A DNA stretch of 63,923 bases, the filler included, from Salisapilia sapeloensis CBS 127946 (Eukaryota > Protista > Oomycota), in NCBI GenBank assembly GCA_023334545.1. It is 10 parts of 10 records of this genome, joined end to end, with 100 filler letters (N's around TTAATTAATTAA, not from the genome) between each part and the next. Parts side by side here need not be neighbours in the genome. Positions count along the whole stretch, not along the records: positions 55,186 to 56,305 come from JAADVB010001300.1; positions 56,406 to 61,496 come from JAADVB010000641.1; positions 61,597 to 63,923 come from JAADVB010000920.1; 7 more parts are not named here. One strand, written 5' to 3'. The notes under the pieces were generated by a model, which saw nothing but the letters and a program-made list of their open reading frames with translations, did not search any database and had not been told where the DNA came from. The number at the start of each line of letters is the position of its first letter. Positions within the stretch are counted from its first letter, which is position 1. Positions 55,186 to 63,923 of the stretch are shown one piece after another. Both the position numbers and the translations under genes were made by a program.

Positions 55186-56305
55186 CAAATTCGTAGATTT
55201 CGCCAGCGCAGGATTCTCTTCCAGACCAGGCATTGCATTCTTCCGCTAGCTGAGAAATTCTGGGCGGTTCAACGATGGTAGATCCACTGCTGTTTTCTTC
55301 GTACCGTCCAGCCCGGATCTCTTGCCGCGCCACTTTGTATGAGCTGATCTGACTAACGATTTGATCGCAAGCGGGGCAGAGGCGAATCTTCTTGGCCATT
55401 AGCTTTAGCTGGGGAATGACTTCGAGTAGTTCCGTGGAAAGAACGCACTTCCCACAGATAGATGATTCACACAAAATGCACGGGTAAGCTTTGCGTAAGG
55501 GGCCAAACCGTTTTTTGCAAGATTGACAGTTCGACTTGTCTTCAACTTCGCTGTTGCCAACAAAGTTCATGACATCGCTCTTGTTCACATTTTTCCTCTG
55601 GAGGAGCCACGAAAGCTTCTTTTGTTTCGCACAGTGGGCGGATGTCCAATTATCCATGATTACACTGGCCACGGCGACGACAGCAATGGAGTCGAGAAGG
55701 TTGTTTCCGAATACTTCATAATATGCTTTGGCGAAAACTTCAACCGATTGATCAGAAGTGGGTTTAAAGAGAGCACAAGACGAACCACGGGTCCGTATGA
55801 TGCCTCTCCCTTTAAGTGGTGGAGTAGACGGTAAGTCGACTGAATGCGCGAGGTTATACCCTATGCGCTCGTCTTTACTAATTTGGAGGATTCCACACGC
55901 TCGAATGTAAACAACATCCCGGTCTTTAACTACTCCTCGGAGTGCTAGACTTGGGCTACCAGCATGCCATTGAAGAACAGTACAGCGATATGGATGCTCC
56001 AGAGTCGGCTTTTCAATCGTCTCAAGGATCTGGGCATTCGTCACTGGTTGTCCAGAATAGTGCACATTTTGCAAGATTGCTGCCTCGTCACCGTTTACGA
56101 GACCATATAAGAGGTCATCCATATTGCTTGATATTGTCCCATTACCGACGATGACACGAGGCATTTGACAGCCCGTACTGCTCGTATACGAATCTTTCAC
56201 TACACGCCGAGATGGGTGCCGCTCGCGATACATGGTCACATTGTCGTATGACTTGATCGCTTTCCAACGTCTACGATCAAATCCGCGGGGTATGGACTGA
56301 TCAAA
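55186..56305 (-). CDS. Oomycete-type START-like + FYVE-like zinc finger protein, truncated at both ends
   Basis: The frame is open across the whole contig: DRRRWKAIKSYDNVTMYRER, DDLLYGL, RDVVYI, GYNLAHSVDLP, then CQSCKKRFG...CILCESSICGKC...LCPAC. Confidence 0.78.
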
Positions 56306-57306
56306 NNNNNNNNNNNNNNNNNNNNNNNNNNNNNNNNNNNNNNNNNNNNTTAATTAATTAANNNNNNNNNNNNNNNNNNNNNNNNNNNNNNNNNNNNNNN
56401 NNNNNAGCCATCATCTTGATGGCCGTCGGGGGACTTGTCCTTATTCCGGTCAACGCCTACGCGTCCCGCAAACTGACTGCCATCTTCTGTGGACAACGAC
56501 GCAATGCCTCGACGATAACCTACTCTCGACCGACCATGCCGACAGCATCATAGGAGCATGTTTAAGGACACGAAAGAAAGCTTTCACGTACATCTAAATG
56601 CCGGTGCGTTTATTTATCTTGTTTCATATGGAGGTGGCTCAACGATCGGCCGATTCATTTCTCAGTGCTCGTTGGATTTTGCCAGCTAACGGAAGGTCAG
56701 ATGTAGACGGACGATGTATCCAATTTCCGCCATGCGTAATTTTGAAGATCGTAAGTAGGAATTGTGGAAGCTGACAACTTTATGTCCATAAATCTGCCTG
56801 CCGTGCCATATTGTCCCGCGGATTCGACACGAACTGGAGTACTACTTTCGTGGTTTTAACACTTTCAAAGGTGAAAGGCTCGCGTTACAGCGATGCGAAG
56901 GCGCTTCTCCTTTCTGGAAAGAATACTCTTATGAAGCTGGAAACTTGTGACTACACCGTGGCGAGCCCTATGGTGCTGCAAGCTCACATATCAGCGTCGG
57001 TGTTTCTGCACAATTTCGCTCCGGCTAGACTGACAAGAATTCAGGGTTCTCGTCCGTTTGTGGCATCGTGGCGTAGAATAGACGTAGCGCTGGTATTACG
57101 ATTTTAAGTGCAAAAGGCGTTATCGAATCACTATTCTACACCATTCAAACTGTACGGGATAGACAAAGTTTTGTGTTTATTGCAAACAGTACCATCCGTG
57201 TCGACGAATCTTCGAACGTCATCCAACAGAGCCAGCACCTTGGCGCTCGCCTGTCTTTTCCCCCTCCTGGTCGACGTGCGCAGCTTGGCACACTTTAGTA
57301 CCTGCG

Positions 57307-59091
57307 ATGGAGGGTGAGCACGGCAACGCCCGCCGATCGCTATCCATCAACGACCTCGATGAGCTCCAGTCTGAACGCAAGAACAGTTTCGGTTCCAGCG
57401 CAAGTTCTACGGACAGCGTCTCCACTGCCCAGTCCTCCCAAGTTTCCCGATCAGACCGGTATTCCCATCGTCGCACCTCGAGTTCCAACATGGAGGGATC
57501 GTTCCTAGGGAGCATCAGTCAGCGCTTCCAGTCCAAGTCCAATCGGCCGCCTCGACACGCACTCCTTCGAACATCAGGACGTCGGGACCGTCGACGCCCC
57601 ATCGTCTTATCCTACGACAGCACCGTGGACCGTGCCAAGCTGTCTTGTCAGCCGACTGACGAAGATGACACCAACACGAGCGCCATGCCTTTCGACGTGG
57701 AAGCTGCCGTTGGAGAGCACAACTTGAACCAGTCGCAAGTCTCGTCCCCCGCGTCCTCGACCTCCTCCACGATGTCCTACTTAGAGTCCTCCAAAGGCCC
57801 CAAGCAAGACTCTGCCCGTCGTCTCTCGTCTTCCATCTTAGGTCGAGCCAGTATCAGCCACGCACAGCAGCAGTCTCAAAAGTACGACGTTCACTGGAAG
57901 AACGACCGAGACTGTGCCCAATGCCAGCTCTGCTTTGCTCCCTTCACCAAGCTCTCTCGTCGCAAGCACCACTGCCGCGTCTGTGGAGAACTCATCTGCG
58001 GCGACTGTTCCGTCGACCAAGTGCGTATGATCCCCAAGTTCGAAGCACCCAAACGTGCCTGCAGCGCATGCGTCACCATGCTCCTCGCCCTGCGTTTCGC
58101 CGGCGACGCGCGTGTCCAGTTCGACATGACACCAACAACTACGACGGACGTGACGGAGAGCAGTGCAGTGGAAGCTCCGACGCCACGTCGGTCGTTCCGA
58201 GAGTCGGTCCGTTTGCATCGACGAAGACCCAAGGCTCAGCTAGATGACATTCCATCGACTCCGAACAACTCTGGTCTCGTCACGCCTCGATATCATGATC
58301 GGACGGCCGAGCTGCGTCGGGTGACGCAGGCAGGACGTAAGTCGAAGCGTCGAGGCAGTGCGCAGAGAGACATGTACGTGATCAATGCCGAGTGGCTACG
58401 ACAGTGGCTCGCATTCTCCTCCGAGTCAGATCAGTACGATAATTCCTTCAAGGAGCACACTGCTCCAGGTCCGATCGACAACCTACCGCTAATAGAACTC
58501 GTGCGTGGTCGACTGCAGAAGCATCCGAGTATGGTGCGAGATGTTCAGCCACAAGAACGAGGTAGTGAAGGCGACTTCCAACTCGTCGCAAAGGAAGTGT
58601 GGGAAGTGCTTGTAAAAATGTACGGCGGTGGACCTGTCATCCGTGTCGCGGGAGCGGACCAGGAAGAGTGGGTCGTCGACGTCGATTCGATGCTCATGCC
58701 CATTGCCACCAAGGTCGAGATCACGCCGTTTGTCGAGAACGCTCTACGGAAACGACATCAGAAGCAAGTGGCGCCTGTATCCGATGCCGACTCTATTTCG
58801 AACGTCGAGCTACGTTCGCAAGCGACGCCGACGACCACGAGGAACTTGTGGAAGGAGCCGGAAGGCAGCGACCGACTGACGATGAACGACCTCGAGTCGC
58901 AAAAGTCTCCTCAGCCAGTCGGCCGACCGGAGCCAGAGCCGGAGATGGAGCAGTGGGATAAAGAGAGCAACACGAGTAGCAACGAGAACAGCGCTTCTGC
59001 GGCGTCGGCGTTTGCGCTCGCGATGAAACAGGCACGGATGAACGCGCAAAAGGCGCTAGATGACCATTCGCGACAGAGTCAGTACCTGTAG
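57307..59091 (+). CDS. FYVE + DUSP domain protein, no USP catalytic domain
   Basis: Canonical FYVE (WKND, CQLC, RRKHHCRVCG, RACSAC) and DUSP (YVINAEWLRQW...PGPIDN...DFQLVAKEVWEVLVKMYGGGP). Confidence 0.82.
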   Translation: MEGEHGNARRSLSINDLDELQSERKNSFGSSASSTDSVSTAQSSQVSRSDRYSHRRTSSSNMEGSFLGSISQRFQSKSNRPPRHALLRTSGRRDRRRPIVLSYDSTVDRAKLSCQPTDEDDTNTSAMPFDVEAAVGEHNLNQSQVSSPASSTSSTMSYLESSKGPKQDSARRLSSSILGRASISHAQQQSQKYDVHWKNDRDCAQCQLCFAPFTKLSRRKHHCRVCGELICGDCSVDQVRMIPKFEAPKRACSACVTMLLALRFAGDARVQFDMTPTTTTDVTESSAVEAPTPRRSFRESVRLHRRRPKAQLDDIPSTPNNSGLVTPRYHDRTAELRRVTQAGRKSKRRGSAQRDMYVINAEWLRQWLAFSSESDQYDNSFKEHTAPGPIDNLPLIELVRGRLQKHPSMVRDVQPQERGSEGDFQLVAKEVWEVLVKMYGGGPVIRVAGADQEEWVVDVDSMLMPIATKVEITPFVENALRKRHQKQVAPVSDADSISNVELRSQATPTTTRNLWKEPEGSDRLTMNDLESQKSPQPVGRPEPEPEMEQWDKESNTSSNENSASAASAFALAMKQARMNAQKALDDHSRQSQYL

Positions 59092-59154
59092 TTAAATGGG
59101 AAATAATTTTTTGTTTGTGAAATTACCACGCGTCCTGCTGATTATATATGATAC

Positions 59155-60579
59155 TTAGCCTGTGAACACTCGGACGGCACGCCCAACGCCACCAGTGGGA
59201 AGCTCTAGCTCGCCTTTGCGTTCAAACGCAGACTCTTTTGTCGGAATATCGATCTCCGATGCGATGCTCTCGGTGATGCTCTGACTGCGGCGACCTTGCA
59301 CGCGGACGTTCATGGGAATGACGTTGCCTGCCTTGCTCACGGATTCAGGTGGCGTGCCGAGGTACTCGACGATGCCCTTGCGCTTACAGGTTGCGTTTAG
59401 AGACTGCGACGCTCGAATCACGACGCGTCCATGGCCTTGGACGCTGAGGTCCGCATGTTCGACACAGATATCTGCCGTGTCAAGCTCGGCAGCCTTGATC
59501 AGCGCCACCTTCAACTGATGGATGCTCCCACTCACACTTGCGTCCTTATTGTACTTGTAGTGTCGACGCAGCTCCACGGTGCTATCTTGAGGCTTCAGAC
59601 TCCGACTCAACTCCTTCCGGTCGGCTTCGACTCGCGAAGCTGATAATGTCTCTGGATACCGACCAAAGTGGACGTTGCCAGTGCCAGCCATGTGCACCTT
59701 GCAGACGTCGACATTGATCTCGTCCGTGAAGAGACGAAAGCTGCAGGCTCCAGCGACGTTCGTGTGCATTGCAGCGCACTCGAACCGCCGTGTGCGAACG
59801 CCGATGCGACTGTTGTGGGACTGGTTGACAATCAGCTTTTTGGTCACTTGCAGCGAGTGCTCGAAGCGGAGGTGAATCTGACCACTTCCAGTCGTGGTGA
59901 GACTAAGATTCGGCAAGATCACTTGGGTCGTGGAGCCACTGAGGACAAAGAGCCGCCCAGAGTGGTTTGCCGTTAGCTTGACAACCGCCAGCGCGTCGTT
60001 CGCTCCAGTGACTTGCGAGTTCTGGCCAGTGGTGTTCGTCAAGACCCTGTCTTCCACGACGACATCGCATTGGCTATCGCAGTCGACTGCATTAATCTCA
60101 TACGGACGTGGGAGCTCGATTTCCACTAGCAGATGTCCTTCCACGCTCTTCGACCGACGGAACAGTCCGGCCGGTCTGTCTGACAGTTGATTGCTTGGAC
60201 GAAAGTCTACTGACAAGGTACCAGCTTTTGTAACGGACGTGCAGACGCTCTGTAGCACAGGTTCTCGATCGCCTGAAGCGTGCACTAGGATCCTGTTCGA
60301 GTTATTCGAACCGGTGGAAGCACGTCGTGCACCGTTGTTCATGGAGCGCACCGTGACGTAGACGACGCCAGGGATGTTGACTTTAATCCGGTTGACAGCT
60401 TGAACCATGGCGACTTGCCAAGTCCGTTGATGACGCTGGGCAGATGCAAGTGGTTCGCTTACTCGCGTGACGGTGGAACAAGTCGTGGAGACCGTATCAG
60501 AGGTTTGGAAACCAGCACTGAAACCTCGAGGTCTTTCTGCATTTCCTGGTGCCGAATCTCGATTGCGAAATGAAACCAT
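59155..60579 (-). CDS. DUF2807 (GIN / autotransporter-adhesin-head-like) protein, copy 1
   Basis: Repeated beta-strand/Gly turns (LTTTGSGQIHL, VHMAGTGNVHF, LSVQGHGRVVI) and IVEYLGTPP. Start set at ATG 60579. Confidence 0.72.
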   Translation of the reverse strand: MVSFRNRDSAPGNAERPRGFSAGFQTSDTVSTTCSTVTRVSEPLASAQRHQRTWQVAMVQAVNRIKVNIPGVVYVTVRSMNNGARRASTGSNNSNRILVHASGDREPVLQSVCTSVTKAGTLSVDFRPSNQLSDRPAGLFRRSKSVEGHLLVEIELPRPYEINAVDCDSQCDVVVEDRVLTNTTGQNSQVTGANDALAVVKLTANHSGRLFVLSGSTTQVILPNLSLTTTGSGQIHLRFEHSLQVTKKLIVNQSHNSRIGVRTRRFECAAMHTNVAGACSFRLFTDEINVDVCKVHMAGTGNVHFGRYPETLSASRVEADRKELSRSLKPQDSTVELRRHYKYNKDASVSGSIHQLKVALIKAAELDTADICVEHADLSVQGHGRVVIRASQSLNATCKRKGIVEYLGTPPESVSKAGNVIPMNVRVQGRRSQSITESIASEIDIPTKESAFERKGELELPTGGVGRAVRVFTG

Positions 60580-60928
60580 CGTAAATGTGTCTGTGCGTTC
60601 GTACGTAGATGGTGGATCGAGAAATGAGAGCCACGAAGAAAACTTCAAAAAGTTTATACTGGTGCGACATGATTTCTGATTACTAACTTGAATAGCTACA
60701 AGACAAAAGAGTTGATGAAAATGAACAGAACGAGGACAGGACATGCTATCCGAACACAGTCCGATTTGCTTTAAGTAGAAGGAAGCACAGAGACGGACTA
60801 GGTGGAAGTAGACATGTTCATATAGGATGATTTGTAAAAAGGGTGCTGATTTGTAAATGAAGGACTAGGTCGAACAAGATGGAGTTAGGTGGATAAAAAT
60901 TGGTTTTCTCAATTCTGGAATATTAACG

Positions 60929-61496
60929 CTACTGTCCCATGAGCCATGGAGGCAAGATGCTTCCGAGGATTGGAATCTTGATCCCACCCACATCGCTGGT
61001 TAGTGGCACCCGCAGCGTCGCGTCATCCGTGAATGCACTCTCGCGTGTCGGAACTTCAACTTCACCCGCCTTGTGTTCTGATCGTTGCGCTTGACGCTCT
61101 TCCATGTTCACTGGTCCGATCTCCGTTCCTTTCCCTTGCATCCGAGGTGCCTCGCCGACGTACAGCACTTTGCTTGCGCCCATCACACTAGACGACAACG
61201 AGTCCTTCGCCTGTACCACAGTCGTTCCATGTCCAGTTACATTGACCTGAGCCCAATCGCACATGAGGTCGGCACTGTCGACAAAACCGCTACCGATGAT
61301 AGTAATCTTCTGCTTTCCCAGACCTTCATGATCCCGGTGGAACATGCTGCTGCTGCTGCGAGACATACGAGAGAGCATCTCGTCCTGCGACATGGCAGAC
61401 CGAAGACGCACATCTCCTGAGCCAGCGATCGACAGCTTGCTCTTCTTCACACCAATCGTGTCTTTCGTCAGGATGTCGACGTTGCCAGCTCCTGCC
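60929..61496 (-). CDS. DUF2807 protein, copy 2, 5'-truncated
   Basis: The frame is open from the spacer: AGAGNVDI, LSIAGSGDV, IIGSGFVD, VTGHGTTVV, VLYVGEAP, and a tail IPTRESAF shared with copy 1 (IPTKESAF). Confidence 0.72.
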
Positions 61497-62119
61497 NNNN
61501 NNNNNNNNNNNNNNNNNNNNNNNNNNNNNNNNNNNNNNNNTTAATTAATTAANNNNNNNNNNNNNNNNNNNNNNNNNNNNNNNNNNNNNNNNNNNNCTAG
61601 AGTTTGTCTTCTCCAGGTTTCCAAACACGTTTCTTATTGTTAGTTCATAGGAAGTAGAAATCTGAAGGAAAACATCTAGCTAGATTTGTCCAGGCACCGG
61701 GGTTTCCAGCTTGCGACGACGGCGTTGACACAGATAGTCTAGTTATGACTGCTTTGCTGGCTAGAAAAGAAAATTTTCGTACAAAGTAGTTGATACGCTT
61801 TCTTTTCGACGCCATTGCGGACTAAATATGCGCGCGACAGATCTTTTCGACGTACAATGCATAGACACAAATGACAGACCGTTTGGATCGATCTAGCACT
61901 TCTGTCAGATTTGCACCAAGTCCATTCTTTCCGGTTACAATAGACTAGACCAGACCAAGTACCTACAACAGACAAGCATAGCTACTGGCACGCTTCACTG
62001 TCAGCGCTCGAAGGATCCGCTTGACATAAAATGTTATATTGATCGCTGCATGTCTTGCTACCGATGCGATCGCCGAGACTCGACCCTGTCTCTTCAGTCC
62101 ACCCACTCTTACCGGAGCA

Positions 62120-63923
62120 TCAGTTCATACGTCCGACGCAGTTGGGGGCTCCGCAGTCACACCGTATGGCCTCGTCTTCGATCGGGAACTTGTAGTCGTA
62201 CGTGACTTCGTCGCCAGCGTCGATGGCTCGCTTGGCAAAGATGATGATCTTCTTGTCGTTGTTGCCGACGTTGACGACGCGCGCAAAAGCTTTGGGGTCG
62301 CAGCTGTGGTTGATGAATCGGGCTAGGTTGCCGCACTGGGTCGCGTCGATGATCGTGGACTCGTCCAGACGGAACATGTAGCAGCTGCCGAGTCCCTTCT
62401 CCTCGTACACTTTCTCCCGTTCGTCCGCCAAGGCGATCGAGACTTTTTGGCCCTGGTACTCGACAATCATCTGGCCTTCCGCCACCTTCTCCTTCGTGAA
62501 CAGGCCGTAGCCGTGGATGGGCGACTTCTTCACCTCCAGCCGTTCGCTGAATGGCCGCTTCCGCAGCTCTCGGTACTGCATGGCCACCGGCAGATGCTCC
62601 ACGTCCATGGCCAGTCCTCCGCCCTTGGTCTCCAGGTCGGCAGCACCAGCAGCAGGCGACTCGATGACCTCACTCAGCTGCTGCCGACTCAATCGCGTCA
62701 GCTTGTTCCGCTTGCTCGCGACGATGTGGAAGCCGTCGACCCTGGCGCTCCCACTGCTCTCTTTCTTCCGCTCATCTCCGCCCACGATCTGCTCAATGGT
62801 ACGCTGGCTGTCCAGTAGGGAGGATTGGGACGGCAAGACTTCCTTGAAGACGTACGTCTCCTCCTCTTCCGCCTGCTTTTTCTGATGCGGCGTCAGAGGC
62901 AAGTTGCGCAGGGAACGATGGCGCTTCGTCAGGATCGAGCGGTTGATGGCGGCAGTCGAAGCAAAGGGCAGACTCTCGAGTTCCCGCCGCACGCCCGGGT
63001 AGCTCAGTCCGAAGAAAGAGGAGGCCTGTAGCCCAAAGGCTTTCCACGACTTGCGCTGCTCAAACGGGTTCGGGAAGCGCGAACCCGTGCTAATCACGTC
63101 GTCGTAAAGCGAGATGAGTCGAGAGCGGAGCGTCAAGAGCGCCTGGTCAAGAGACAGCGTCGCGATGGGATTCTCCCGGTCGTCCGACGCTTCGATCCTG
63201 AAGACTGGCCGAGGGAACTGGTCGCCGCCGTCCGCCAGAAAGATATTCTCTCGGTCCGTGGAGCTGATGGTGCACTCGTAGACGCACCGAGCGCCGGCGT
63301 GCCGAGTGCTCCAGTAGAGTCGAGACGAACGGAAGCCCAGAGGGTACAGGTCGTCTTTCGAGTGGAAGTGGTAGTTTCCCACAACGATCCGGCCGAGGTT
63401 GTGCACCGCCAGCGCGCCGAAGCGGAGACACAGCTGCCTTTTCGCCCGCAGCGACTGACTCTTCTTCTTCGGGTCTGGCTCCAGGAACGACACGTCGGAA
63501 CGCAGACACCGCTGCGGCTCCACGGTCGGATCGATGGCTGCCAGCCCCTCTACGCCATGGGTCGTCGGTGTAAAGTACTTGAGCGTCACCTGCAGCGTGT
63601 TAGGCTCTTCTTCCGTTTCAGACGCTGTGCTCTGCTTGTCAGTCGGGTCAGGCGATGGCTCCAACGCGCCTTCGTCCTTCTGCTCTTCCTCCGTGGCGGT
63701 CGTGTCGGGCGTACCATTCGTACTCGGTTGAGCACACTCGCTTCCCGCGTCCTCTCTTCCGTCTTGCCTGCTGTCATGTGCGGTCCCGTTCGTCTCCTCC
63801 ACTCTTCCCTCGTCTAGCACGGAAGAGTAGAGCGACTGGTCCTGATGGAGCCATTTGCGTGCCGTCTGCTGCAGGTGGGACGCGTCCGTGCAGCAGCAGT
63901 CTCCGTTCGGAAGAAAGACGACC
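62120..63923 (-). CDS. Trithorax/MLL-type H3K4 methyltransferase (FYRN-FYRC-SET-postSET), 5'-truncated
   Basis: FYRN (GALAVHNLGRI...YPLGFRSSRLYWS), FYRC (SFFGLSYP), SET (SPIHGYGLF, ARFINHSCDP, EVTYDYKF) and post-SET CDCGAPNC. The frame is open to the window edge. Confidence 0.9.
   Translation of the reverse strand, partial: VVFLPNGDCCCTDASHLQQTARKWLHQDQSLYSSVLDEGRVEETNGTAHDSRQDGREDAGSECAQPSTNGTPDTTATEEEQKDEGALEPSPDPTDKQSTASETEEEPNTLQVTLKYFTPTTHGVEGLAAIDPTVEPQRCLRSDVSFLEPDPKKKSQSLRAKRQLCLRFGALAVHNLGRIVVGNYHFHSKDDLYPLGFRSSRLYWSTRHAGARCVYECTISSTDRENIFLADGGDQFPRPVFRIEASDDRENPIATLSLDQALLTLRSRLISLYDDVISTGSRFPNPFEQRKSWKAFGLQASSFFGLSYPGVRRELESLPFASTAAINRSILTKRHRSLRNLPLTPHQKKQAEEEETYVFKEVLPSQSSLLDSQRTIEQIVGGDERKKESSGSARVDGFHIVASKRNKLTRLSRQQLSEVIESPAAGAADLETKGGGLAMDVEHLPVAMQYRELRKRPFSERLEVKKSPIHGYGLFTKEKVAEGQMIVEYQGQKVSIALADEREKVYEEKGLGSCYMFRLDESTIIDATQCGNLARFINHSCDPKAFARVVNVGNNDKKIIIFAKRAIDAGDEVTYDYKFPIEDEAIRCDCGAPNCVGRMN

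Noticed and set aside
39254-59091. Three FYVE-domain genes as a functional cluster
   Set aside because: They are on three separate contigs, and FYVE proteins are an expanded class in oomycetes.
1-63923. tRNA, rRNA, snRNA genes and CRISPR arrays
   Set aside because: No cloverleaf/T-loop signature, rRNA-like stretch or regularly spaced repeat was seen by eye. tRNAscan-SE and Infernal would be needed to exclude small RNAs.

Overview
This is eukaryotic nuclear DNA, most likely from an oomycete. The evidence is the START-FYVE, DUF2807 and MARVEL-like families, plasmepsin-V-like proteases, short GT-AG introns, and BBS2 (implying a flagellated stage). The window is not one locus: it is 10 contigs joined by nine identical artificial 100-nt spacers (44 N + TTAATTAATTAA + 44 N), so adjacency across spacers means nothing. 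About 30 genes are present, many spliced. They include importin-4, ITPA, BBS2, SEC31, a multi-BRCT protein, an ACR2/Cdc25-like rhodanese, a TMEM135-like protein, phenylalanine hydroxylase, RAD23, an ARM protein, a TPR protein, PEX19, two tandem aspartic proteases, a SENP, a FYVE-PH-TM-CRAL/TRIO protein, PMS2, a four-unit MARVEL-like protein, an acyl-CoA synthetase, START-FYVE, FYVE-DUSP, two DUF2807 proteins and a Trithorax-type SET protein. The most striking unexplained structure is that three contigs (1-15662, 22883-26584, 48200-52352) each begin with the exact reverse complement of their own last 141 bp. That length matches the largest default k-mer of MEGAHIT, so each contig is a unique spacer between inverted copies of a longer collapsed sequence. 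These could be whole-genome-amplification chimeras (favoured) or real inverted duplications. I found no tRNA, rRNA, CRISPR array or intact transposon, and I cannot claim a confirmed novel system. The best biological leads are the FYVE-PH-TM-CRAL/TRIO lipid-transfer candidate, the A-B-A-B MARVEL-like fusion, and the protease and DUF2807 tandem pairs. All splice models were read by eye.
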